In this document: piece after piece, positions 13,567 to 25,090 of the stretch
Numbering within the stretch: the first letter of the stretch is position 1
Layout: every line of letters begins with the position of its first letter
NCBI GenBank assembly: GCA_002633005.1
Contig: NMRA01000020.1
Span: 1,459,650-1,523,649, forward strand
Source of the DNA: Phoronis australis
Taxonomy: Eukaryota; Animalia; Phoronida
DNA length: 64,000 nt
Direction: 5' to 3'
The notes under the pieces: model-generated
The model's database searches: none
Told to the model about the DNA's origin: nothing
Seen by the model: only the letters and a program-made list of their open reading frames with translations
Translations under genes and position numbers: made by a program

Positions 13567-16500
13567 TCACTTTGCCTTGAAACTATCTTTCATCTTTCTC
13601 ATGATTCCCATAACATTGACTGGGTTGGTTGACTTTGCACAAGACTGGATGGAAGGCTCTCTGCAAGCAAACTAAGCAATTACAACAAACGAACATTTAA
13701 AAGCGTGCCTTCAGTCACAAAAATTAACTTGATTTTAGACTATTATCATCAAAATGAGCTGTAACAAGCATTTTCAAAAGTTAAGTCAAAGTTATCTTGC
13801 ACTGATCTTTGATAACACAACCAATAAGAAGTGCATTCTGCCCACTCATGTGTAACCTCAGTGATCAAATACGGCACAAGGACACATTATTCTCACATAG
13901 AGGATTAGTAAGATCAATTTTATGATAAGCAAGACAGAAATATGACAGAAAACTGCCTTCATTGATATGTTCATTCATTGTCTGTCATTCATCAGTCGAC
14001 TATGCAGACAAAATGGCCGCAACATGAATTGGGTCACAGCGCTATCTGGTGGGAGTGATGTCACAGATGAGTCCAGAGTTCCTATTTAAGAAAGCAATGC
14101 TGTCACGCTGATTCAAAAAGATTCACTTTCGGATAAACAACTTCTCTGATGAGTTTCATCTCTAGTGTATAACTAAGTGTGCATCTGATACAATGAGATA
14201 CACATAATTTGATAATCTATTGGCACGATTGTTTAGTTGCAATATTACACCAATGAAATAACACAGCAATAACAACAGTTTCGTCATGTAAAATATGACT
14301 GTCTACTTCGTATAAAATATGACTGTCTACTTCATGTAAAATATGACTGTCTACTTCATGTAAAATATGACTGTTTACTTCATGTAAAATATGACTGTCT
14401 ACTTCAAAAACTAACTTAAGCTGGAATCACAAGACATTCGCATGATCAATCACTACTGAGCAGAAACTTTATTCCTAATATTGCGATATTAAACTACAGA
14501 ATTGTAAATTCTGATACCCTACCTTCAATAAAGTACTTTTAGTTATGGGCTGAAAAAGCAACCAAGACAGTGCCATTGTCCAGGGCACTTATTCGGAAAC
14601 GCCTGTAGCCACTTTTCCAAAACAACTAATCATTTGTGTCTTAACTGAAAGACAGTATGTTTTATTCAGTTTTGCAAGCAAACTAGTAGGAAAATGCCAG
14701 AAATAACTAACAATACTATAATCATGATTAAAAAAGAGATAACAATGCCAACATTTTAGCACCCATCAAAAAGTACCTCTTCATCTATGCACATGTCACA
14801 TGTTTAATCTAGGTCTTTCAATGTTTTCACCTTTTGACCCACGAAGCCACACCTACCTGACTCTCATAAAGGGGTTGACCTCAAGCTCCTCCCCAATAGT
14901 AGATGGGATTGTGGGTAGATGCTTCTGTCTCTGCGCCTGTGCCCACACCATCTTTTGTTGGAGGCTGGTATTATTAGGCTCCACGGAGAGAGCAAACTTG
15001 AAGTTGTTCACTGTGTACTCATGACCGCAGTAAACCCTCTGAAAAATGAATGGGTATTATTAGTAATGAACACTGCAAGATTCTCCCCACACAGAACATG
15101 GAGAATCCTCATGGAAAGAGGACTTCAGGAACCGAGTGAAATACAGAAGGACAGAGACAAGAGATTACGGAAAAATTACTTCTATTTAGGACACAATATG
15201 TAGGACAAAAGAATTTTCTTTGTTTAATATCTCAACAAAAATAAGTTTTCAGGAAATTTTACTATGCTTTTAACTCAGTTTGTACAACATAACTGTGGAC
15301 AAACAACATTTGGTAAACTTTTGAACATTTGCAGCAATGTTGCATTAAAGTAAACTTTTGAACAATTGCAGCAATGTTGCATTAAAGTAAACTTTTGAAC
15401 ATTTGCAGCAATGTTGCGTTAAAGTAAACTTTTGAACATTTGCAGCAATGTTGCATAAAAGCACCTGAAAAATGAAAACAGTAAATAAATTTCAGCACTC
15501 ATTTATGGCAAAGGCATGCTTTCAGAAGTGGAAACTAAACTTGAAAATTTTAAGTTGCGTTTGCTGCAGGGGGTCCGAATCGATGATATTACATTACTAT
15601 AAGCAGTTTTGGCCAGGCTCAGTTCTCAGTGCAGGCGTGTTGTTAGAATCGAAAATTACCAACACTACAGTCAGCCACAGACTTCCATTCAATGTAACAA
15701 GGTAGTTAATTTTTTTGAAAGAATTAGTGATTTGTCACAGTTTTTGGAAACCCAGGTTTATTTTGTTTCAAAGTTACATACAGGCATGACTGTGTCACTT
15801 ATACTGTTTACAGACCTATTTTCCACATAATGTAAATAAGACTCACTTCGTCAGAAAACAGTGCCAATGTTACAATTTGTTAACAATGTTATGATCCAAT
15901 AACTGAGAAACCTACAGAGAGAAATGCTGGTGTTAGGTACCCTCTGTGAGTACTTGTGATTTTTCCGACACTTGCAAAAAGGAATTGTGTGAAACAAAAA
16001 ACATAAAAAAACTGGTGCAAAACATTTTTAGGTGCAAGACGACAAATACTTATGTTTATTTCTAAACCTGGCCAAGCAGCTATTCTGTAGAGTTAAGATC
16101 TCATGTCACGCTAACAAAGAGCTTAAGGAGCAACATTTCAATATGACAATGAAGAGTTGGCCTACCGTCTCAGGTGGAAGAGCAGCCAAGTGACCAACCA
16201 AGGCATCGTACATGTTTTGTGGGGTGCCTTCAAAGAACTTGCCACATCCCCCAACAAACAACGTGTCACCTTGAGAGGGAAAGAGCAATACATTTAGTAC
16301 AAAATAAATAGAACATACAGTTTGTACACTATAAATAGAACATGCACAGTATACATAGATCATAATAATTAGTACAGTAATAGAGCTTTACAATTGGTAC
16401 AATAATAGAATATTACAGTTAGTACACTACGATTAGCACATTATATATACAGCATTACAGTTAGCACACTATATATAGAGCATTACAGTTAGCACACTAC

Positions 16501-19492
16501 ATATAGAGCATTACAGTTAGCACACTATATATAGAGCATTCCAGTTAGCGCACTATATATAGAGCATTACAGTTAGCACACTATATATAGAGTATTACAA
16601 TTAGCGCACTATATATAGAGCATTACAGTTAGTGTACTATGTATGGAGCATTACAGTTAGCGCACTATATATAGAGCATTACAGTTAGCGCACTTATATA
16701 GAGCATTACAGTTAGAACAGTATAAGTAGAACAAATTCCTTTACCAAAACAGGGAACCTTCATTAACTCAAACTTGAGGCCTAACCACCCAAATGTTAAG
16801 CATAAATACTCAAAATTGAAACTTCCTCACTCAAACGTGAAGCCTTCACCATCCCGGAATGAAACATCCCACCATAATGAGAAGCTTCAGCACCCACACA
16901 TGAGCTTCACCAACTCAATATAAAGCTTCACCATAAGCTTCGTCACTTGAGTATGACACTTTACCATCTGAACTTGAAGATTCACTAACTGAATGTGAAG
17001 CTTCACCATCCAAATGCGAAGGTTCACAACACAAATGTGAAGATTCACAACACAAATGTGAAGGTTCACAACACAAATGTGAAGGTTCACAACACAAATG
17101 TGAAGATTCACAACACAAATGTGAAGATTCACAACACAAATGTGAAGATTCACAACACAAATGTGAAGATTCACAACACAAATGTGAAGATTCACAACAC
17201 AAATGTGAAGATTCACAACACAAATGTGAAGATTCACAACACAAATGTGAGGATTCACAACACAAATGTGAAGATTCACAACACAAATGTGAAGATTCAC
17301 AACACAAATGTGAAGATTCACAACACAAATGTGAAGATTCACAACACAAATGTGATTACAAATGATGAGAAAAATATCACACCACATCATAAGCTAATAA
17401 ATAAATAAATATATCTTTCAAAAAATTTCAGGACATGTTTTAAACAGTGAATAAGTGCAGCAGCTGTAAACAGTAGAAGATGAGTGGACAAGTTAGAAAT
17501 ACCTGTGAAAACAGCGGGGGCTTCCCCCTCATCCCCTGTCACATAGTAACAAATATGTCCAGAAGTGTGGCAGGGAGTGAACAGGCAGCGCACATTGAGT
17601 GAACCGATCTGTAAGTAAGGCATACATGTAACAGAAAGTGTTCCTTCATTTAGTATGCATAAAGTACAGGCAAGTGATGCCTGTCATAACACCCGCTAAA
17701 CAATAACTTAAGTATAATTTACCTATCGTTAACAAAATGATGGAAACACTTCGATCCTGTAGTGGTTAAAACGATACTAAATAACGATTACCTCACCTTA
17801 CTATATAACATGATCTTCCAAAAACAGGTCTATTAAAACTATTCAACAGGTTGTTTGAATTTTTAAAGTTGTAACACACATCAAGTTTAACTATTATTAA
17901 TAATTAACTCAAAAGGTGAAACTAAATATTATCTAACAATCAAAGAACTGTTCCTTTTCAAGGAAATGAACACAGCAAAAAGAACAAACAGTAAATGCCA
18001 GAAATTTGATTCTTTCAGAAATCTTAAGCAAACTTCATGTACACTACCTTAAACTGGTCTCCATGACTAACTTTGTTGTTCAGTTGTTGTATGCGATCAT
18101 CACCTCCGTAAAACTTGAGATCTCCAACCATTTTAGACAGCTCATCATTACCCCCGGCATGGTCCCTGCAATCAAGTGTGCTGGCTATAGTTAAAAACAC
18201 AGCACAGGATATTATACAGGGTATCAAGATTACCGAATAAATTCCGTTAAGTTAGAACTTTATTTACCCTTAGGCTGGTATTCCTAGCAATTGTTTTTTA
18301 TAGACTACTCTTTTAGTACACATCACTATTCAAGAATTGTCTGCAGCACCCTTCCACGCCACCACATTGCCTTTCACATTTTTCCTCCATGTTAACGCCC
18401 TCTAGAAGTGATGGTTGACACTTTTGATTTATCCCAATTTAATAGCTTTCACATATTTTGAGATGTCCAATGGAAAAGACTTCCATTGCTTTCAGACGAT
18501 GAAGCACAATCATAAGTTTACTTACAAGAGAACATGCTGATGAAAAGTTCCATCGTCCATAACAAGGTTAACCTGATGGGGTAAATCATCTGTGAACAAA
18601 ACTCTTTGAGTTGCTACATGACATTCTCAACAACAAGCTTTCTCTTTGAACCTACCTTCACTCATATTTTAACCAGTTCATGCTCTTTCACGAGATGATT
18701 TGTCGTTTAATTGTTCATAAGTCTCCAATCTAATCCTTGCCAACAGTAACAATGATACAATATTCACCTACCAGTGGTGATGTGTAGTCAAGACCTGGCT
18801 CAGGGCAACACCCTCTTCCCTGACAGCTTGTACCACCTACAATCATAGTGAAACTTTAACACAAGTTATGAATCATGCCACTCAACCTCACAAACCAACC
18901 AAAATGTTTCCATACTATAAAAGAACTGATCTGCATCCCACACTAGATGATCCAGGGCCAAAAACTACAGTCTTAACAAGGTTACGGTGAAGGTGTGTAC
19001 TTAGGCCAATGCACCTATCTGAAGCTGTGTCTATTAGGCATATTCACCGTCCTGTAAGTGAAACACTGGAGAAACACCAGGGTTGTCTAATTCGTAAACA
19101 TAAAAGAGGGCAGCACTGTGTTGTCAAAAATACCCCAATAACTTACGCAGTCCAGCAAGGAAAAGAATGAGAGAATTCAATCAGGGTACATGGTGAACAG
19201 CTGAAATTAAAAAAGTGTGAAACACCATGTTAAGACAACCTTTCTGGTAGTGTTAAGGTGTTAACTTAATCCCTGGATGTAGGCTTCTTGACAAAGAGAC
19301 ATTATTTTACCTTACTGGGCTCGACTGGGTCGACAGCAGCGCACGACTTTGTTTTCTCATCAATAATCAGGTACATGTAATTGTCCTCTAATGCTGGTAT
19401 GAGACGGACCTTCATGTCAGCTTGATGGAACTGCAGTGGACTCGAATGGTATGTTAAGGTGGACAAAGGCTGTCGGCACGTTTTCAGTAAGA
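13567..19492 (-). CDS. HAGH: Hydroxyacylglutathione hydrolase (glyoxalase II): 7 exons, internal ATG at 19415, in-frame N-terminal extension that needs an upstream phase-1 exon
   Basis: Minus-strand GT-AG exons: 19492-19311, 18836-18772, 18165-18048, 17608-17503, 16269-16166, 15038-14857, 13660-13567 (TGA). Translation contains [33 protein letters not shown] (metallo-beta-lactamase motif), [48 protein letters not shown] and RKMKDSF. Confidence 0.96.
14285..14406. repeat. 24-bp minisatellite x5 in the last HAGH intron
   Basis: Unit catgtaaaatatgactgtctactt. Confidence 0.95.
15313..15458. repeat. 37-bp minisatellite x4
   Basis: Unit gtaaacttttgaacatttgcagcaatgttgcattaaa. Confidence 0.95.
16441..16715. 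repeat. 28-bp minisatellite x~10
   Basis: Unit atatatagagcattacagttagcacact. Confidence 0.95.
17010..17355. repeat. 21-bp minisatellite x~16, with degenerate units extending left to ~16770
   Basis: Unit cacaacacaaatgtgaagatt. It explains the repetitive ORFs at 16887-17408. Confidence 0.97.
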
Positions 19493-20307
19493 CTAGAAAG
19501 ATAAAGTTCACAACGAGTACATATCAATAAATTTAATGAAGACTGGAATTGCGAGAATGGTAAATGTTCACATAATAATATTCAACTTAACATTAATCAT
19601 TAAATTAAAAGTAGATGGAATGCAGACAAACGCATCAAGTTTAAGAAATGCACATATAGCGCACAAGGAACAGTGGTGTGCAGCGCTACATGCAACTTAC
19701 GTAGATGCATGCAGCAAAATGTGAAACATTTAACAAAAACTGTTTTACATTAGATACAGGTGCAAGGGCCCAATTATGTGCACATATGTTAAATGTGTTT
19801 CGGTCAACACAAGCAAGGTACTCAAATGCTTCTGAAATTGACACTCTTCAAGCCAGTCAGTTCTTCCCAAACAGTACACTGACATGTCATGACAAACAGT
19901 ACCAGCAAATCAGTTCTTCCCAAACAGTACAACTGATATGTGAAAGCAGCAGTTCAGATTGTTCTCTATAATGAGGTACTATTTAAAGCTGTATTTTGCA
20001 ATGTTGGGCTGGCTAAAAAATGAAATCGAATTAGGCCTTTTACTCTCACGTGTTTCGACACAAGTTTCATCACCAACAAGAACATTAGAACCATCAGTGA
20101 CTCAAGAAACTACAGAGATTACGGATTACGGTTAGCCAACCGTAAAGTTGTGAAATTGAAAATGGCACGTTTACGCATTGCCTGTGAGTTGAGCTGTTGG
20201 CTTTTCCGGCAACAATTAAAAATGGGAAAAGTGTCAAAATGTTTTTAAACCCCAAAAGGCTCCTTATCAGATTTAACACTGACAGCTTAAGAGCAGTGCA
20301 GCTTTAC

Positions 20308-20836
20308 GGTAATGTAGTACCCTAAAAAAATTCAAAATTTGGCTAACTTCGGAACATCATCTCTCAAAAATGTCCGATCATATTCATAAGAAATTTTCAG
20401 ATACTATGCTTCACACATTATTCCCAAGAATGCTGTTAAGAATTGTTGTCAAAATTTTCATCTTTTGCATATAAGGGCTATAAAAACAGGACTTCTATAA
20501 TTTTCATTAGAAAATCTAAGTTTCATAAAACGAAAACGAAATGATATTTTCGAAAACCATAACAGTGTTTTTGGGAACCAACTCTGAACATTTATGTCAA
20601 AAAATTAAGTCATATTGACATACTGTTGTTTCGCTATCAAAGTACTTTTCTCGTTTGCTAAATTTTACAAAACAGACATTGTCACGTGACCCAATTAATG
20701 GCAGAGAAGTAAAAGTCAAAAATAGAATTCTACAGGTTCTCTACTCTCAGAAAATCTATACAATTACTGATTTAAAATCTAGTTTTGTAGATACTTAGCT
20801 AAATGTGTACATTTGTCAACAAGGTCCTACCTGACC
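20308..20836 (+). mobile_element. Degenerate TTAA-type MITE (Kolobok-like), same family as 32552-33052
   Basis: Begins ttac|GGTAATGTAGTA and ends CCTACCTGACC|ttat. The first ~190 bp align by eye with the reverse complement of ~32870-33052. Confidence 0.6.
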
Positions 20837-22304
20837 TTATATGCCATCTTGTTTAACAAACTGCACCTGCATTATCAGAATACACTAATGCGGTAAAAAG
20901 TAGAAAAACTGATTGCAAAATTTCGCCTTTTGACATTTTGTGCTCTTAAAAGAGAAAACCATGTTATATCTTACAGAAAATAACAGTGATAGACTATTGG
21001 AGATGTTCAGTTGTAGGGTGTCAATTGTGAGTACACTTCTTTGTGAGCCATGGGAGTTGGTTTGCAAAAATTTTAGACATTATTAGATGGATAACATAAT
21101 TGACAGAAATGTTTTAATTACAAAAAGTTAATTGCTGTCCATTTGCAACAACAGACTTCTACAGAAGTCATTACAGAGTCTGCTGTGACCCCTTCTACCA
21201 AGGATCAGGAAAATTATATCACATTTATGCAATGGAATTAACAGGCTTAATCCAGAGCTGATAAAATGAGACAATACCATATAATGACTACGTACAACAG
21301 CTCAGTAAACATAGCCAACTACAACAAAAGAATTACTGAGAAGACTGTCCCCCCCCCCAGCCACCAGCCTGTCGAGGGCTCACTGCACACAATCCCCAAA
21401 TCAAAGACTGGGACATGGCATCATTCATTGCAGCTTGTTGTGTTCAAATGAATACATTCCAAAGATTTATTTATTCAATCATAATTTAATAAATAAGTTA
21501 TTCCTAGGACTTAAAATTCCTACAAAAGGATTATGTGAAGGGAAAAAATATTTTGCTTGCTTTTAACCAGATCGATCCCAAGCCATTGTATATATACAGC
21601 ATATACTGCTTTGCACCATTGTGCTAGGCAGATGGGGTCCTACCCATAACCAAGTAGCAAATTGACTTGAAACTGAGCATGTTCTTTAATCAACTCCCAT
21701 ACTTTATTTTGACGATCGGTTCAACTTAAATTGAAGGACGCTCAAGAAAATCCAGTACCCATTTTGTTACTTAGTGGTTTTTCAAATAGTTTAATAATCT
21801 AAATTTAGTGCAGGGTCATTCTTGTCACAACCACCAATCCCCATGAGAAACTTACTGTCACTGTATGAACAATGAACCATTGTGTTCCACTGATATCTCC
21901 AAATGATGGTTCATAGTTTTATCACATGGTTACACAATAGGGCAATACAGATCCTGGCTGAAACTAATCCCTTATAAGACTAATCGCTTTTAAGACATAA
22001 CACATGAGTATTTTGATACTCCTGTGTTATGTAATCAACAAACTAGTTCTAATATTCAAAAAAAAATTGCATTGACCCAAATTGTTTCTGATATCTATTT
22101 TATTTTTTCAATTTTGTTGTAAAGGGGAACCTTTGGTGATTTTGTTCACACGAGGGCGCTGTGACCATGTTAAGATACAAGTTGGAGATCACAGGAGCTA
22201 GGTACATAAACCGATACACCAAGGGACCTTTCAAATGTGGTATGTCTTTTTTCTGTAGAATGTAGCCCACTCCGTTCACATGCCCTTGAAATTAGCCTAT
22301 ATTC

Positions 22305-24735
22305 TCAGTACCATAGTCCATAACGCTCAAGGTTAATGGTTTTGCCGATTCTGACTAACCTAGGAAAGAAAGATTCATACTAGAAATGTTAAGTAATTTT
22401 CTTCTACTGGTATGTCACGGCAGTTGTCTAAAATTTGCAAAAATTGGCGTTATCATCCATAAAAATTTATCCCTTAGTGAAAGATGGCCAATTTTACAGA
22501 ATCTGCTAGGTTTTCAAACTAAAAACATTTCACTAATTAATCATTCCTCCCCGGTGTTCAAATAGTGTGAAAACAATCTGATATATCATCAGTATTCGAC
22601 ATGAGAGGGAAAATGCCATGAAAAAAGAAAACTTGGGTTTCAGTGCTGTATGCGTTTTTAGACATGCAAATCCTTTGCACAGAGTATTTGTTTGAAATCC
22701 AAAGATGGGTGTCTACACTCAAAAGGTATTTATGACAATATGATCTAGATAGCTTAGGCAGGATGAGGCACAATTTGCCAAAAACCTCAATGATTGACTC
22801 ATCTGGACACCACGCTGTAACACAAGTACAACCTATCTTTGACACCTTTTCACATTATTTTGTAAGTCCATAAAAATTCTGGAACTCAATGTAATAAAAC
22901 ATATGAATGGTCTCACTTAATCAAGGGACATTTTACACGTGACAGAAGACAACTCACTGACTTGGCTCATCAAAGTGTGCATATCCACAATCGACGACCC
23001 GCAACTCAAAAGTTTCTGAAAGCGAGTCTGCAGAAGTTCTTATGATCTCCAGACAAGTAGTAATTTATTTCAAATTAAATTCAGTATTATTGAGCTGTTT
23101 AATGTATTCAAAATTGTGAAAATTATGATAAGAGTATGAAAACAAAATGGCAAAATCTCAGTGTTAAATTGCAACTAATGCAAATAAGCTAGCGAATATC
23201 ATTTTATCATTGATTTCTAATACACAAGGAGGACAAGAGCATTTCTGCATCCATTTTGTCGTCTGGTGTTTTTTGTAGGCATTTAATCTCCACGCTAAAG
23301 CAATTAGTCAACTGAAACAATTGATTGTGATGATAAATGCTTCAAACTGTTGGCAAAAAGTTAGAACTGATTCTAACCTTGACACCATTTTTCATTGTAT
23401 AGCAAGAATGATAAATTTCCTCACTACTGTCCGAGCGAAGTTTAAATTTATTTGAAAAAAACATGCCACGGCTAAGATCCCTACAGAACTGCACCAAAGA
23501 AAATGTGCAGCTTTCATTAGTGAAATATGAGATTGGCATCATTATTGCCACAATCACAAAAACGCTTCAATACTCTGAAAATTTTGCACAACACACAAAG
23601 CCCCTGTGTCAGTAGTCTGTTTATACAGCCACAAGTCATGCGTCTAATCGATATGAGCTGCGCCTCTAGTTATTACACCTGTTTGCAGGAAAGTTCTTGA
23701 TTAAGTGGGTACATTTTGTGTTGCTACCCTCAGTAAAGAGGATGGCAGGGATGGTGTGCAGTGCAAGCAACTTGCACCTGAGACTTGAATGGAATTCATT
23801 GCAACAGGTAAGACCGTTGAATGCTTGTTTATTCAACGAAAATCGATGGTGTCGATGGTGGGTACACTGTCACTGATTGGCAATTATCTCGCCTGTGGAC
23901 ACCACTGAGTAATGGCATTAGTTCCAGGCAATTACATAGCTGTGCATGCTCCAGGCGGACACCAGCGATAGTACACCCCCATAAAAATTAGTCATCTCAA
24001 AATACAGCAAATAACATCGAACAAAACATACTTTACATACACGTGAATTCTATCACGAACCATGACTCCGGGGACAATATAGTTAACATAATTTGAACAT
24101 CCATGAAAATCTGTCACCATTCACCAGGTGTCAGTATTTTAGGAAGTTATGCAAAATCACACATGTTGATAAATCGTTAACTATGAATGCAAGGGACACA
24201 AATTTTACAAATTCCAAACAATATCTTTCAAATAATGGAGTTGGAATTCTTCGCCAAAGGCATCTTAATTGCTTTAGATATGCGTCATTGAGGATATGAA
24301 TGGAAACGGAAAGGATTGCTGATGAAATTAAGCACTTTTAAGGCACTTTGTCCATTTTTAACTAGTATTTTTGACAAGTTGAAAACCTCTTTTTGACGAG
24401 CGGCTTTGGTCTACCAGGACGAAATTAACAGCGACCAATTGGGACTGTTGTAGCCCCTAGACATCCAGCCGTGGGGCTACGTGTTGCCTTGCGATTATTT
24501 ACCTTACACTTACACAGTAAACTAAGTTAACTTCAGACCAGTTAGTAAGCGTTGCCCTTGCCAGCTGCCGCTGGTCGTCGGCAGATGCAAACATTGTTTA
24601 TTTTACACCGTGATCATGTAGTCCCCCCATTTTTAGACTATCAAGCACATCATGTGCTTTCACTCTGCAATTACCTGGTACGCAAGGCGGTGATCTAAAA
24701 AAACTCAACGTTTTCAAGACAACACGGAGTTTCAT
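22305..24735 (-). CDS. Candidate small 5-exon gene, 128 aa, unknown function (loose C2-domain-like pattern)
   Basis: Exons 24735-24675, 24110-24032, 23480-23378, 23046-22958 and 22359-22305 join in phases 1,2,0,2 into a 387-nt stop-free frame. Donors are gtaatt, gtatgt, gttaga and gtgagt. AATAAA lies on the minus strand at 22104-22099. Two acceptors are weak: poor pyrimidine tract at 24111 and a GAG acceptor at 23047. Confidence 0.55.
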
Positions 24736-25090
24736 CTGTTCAGGACCGGAGCTGCAGCTCTACTGGTCTGCAGTTTCGCTTCAAGTTGGTGCTGCACTCC
24801 ATTGGCAAATACTGGAATCTCACTTCTTACTATTTTTTTTTCATTTTTCCGGTTTCAGCTATTTAAAATTTAACAAGGAATTCTATACGTCTGAAACCAT
24901 GTGAAACATTAAGGTTGTGTCCAAATATTTATCCAAATAATATATTTGTGAAACGCTGATGTAGCGCCGTCTGAAGTTCATTGTACTAACTACATTTAGT
25001 GGCAAAAAAGTTTTTGTCCGGTCCAAAGTGAAAGTTAGTTTGAAGAATTTAAACAGAAAGAACTATTGTAATTCCGAAACCTGCAGGTAC
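24736..25090. promoter_or_regulatory. Probable bidirectional promoter region with a candidate non-coding first exon of the GALNT gene
   Basis: A minus-strand ATG exon begins at 24735. Overlapping strong plus-strand donors lie ~350 bp away: CAG|gtacgt (25086/25087) and TAC|gtaagt (25090/25091). ETS-like ttccgg sits near 24848. The GALNT ATG exon starts with an acceptor, so an upstream exon is required. The linkage is inferred. Confidence 0.4.

Noticed and set aside
13399-13569. Open frame continuing ~55 codons after the HAGH TGA (possible readthrough or selenocysteine)
   Set aside because: Stop context is TGA-TCT rather than TGA-CTA(G), the protein ends where glyoxalase II homologues end, and I see no SECIS or targeting motif.
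16887-17408. ORFs with (VVNLHIC)n, (CCESSHL)n and (HNTNVKI)n repeats, superficially like metal-binding or structural proteins
   Set aside because: They are translations of a stop-free 21-bp intronic minisatellite, open in several frames on both strands and lying between two well-defined HAGH exons.
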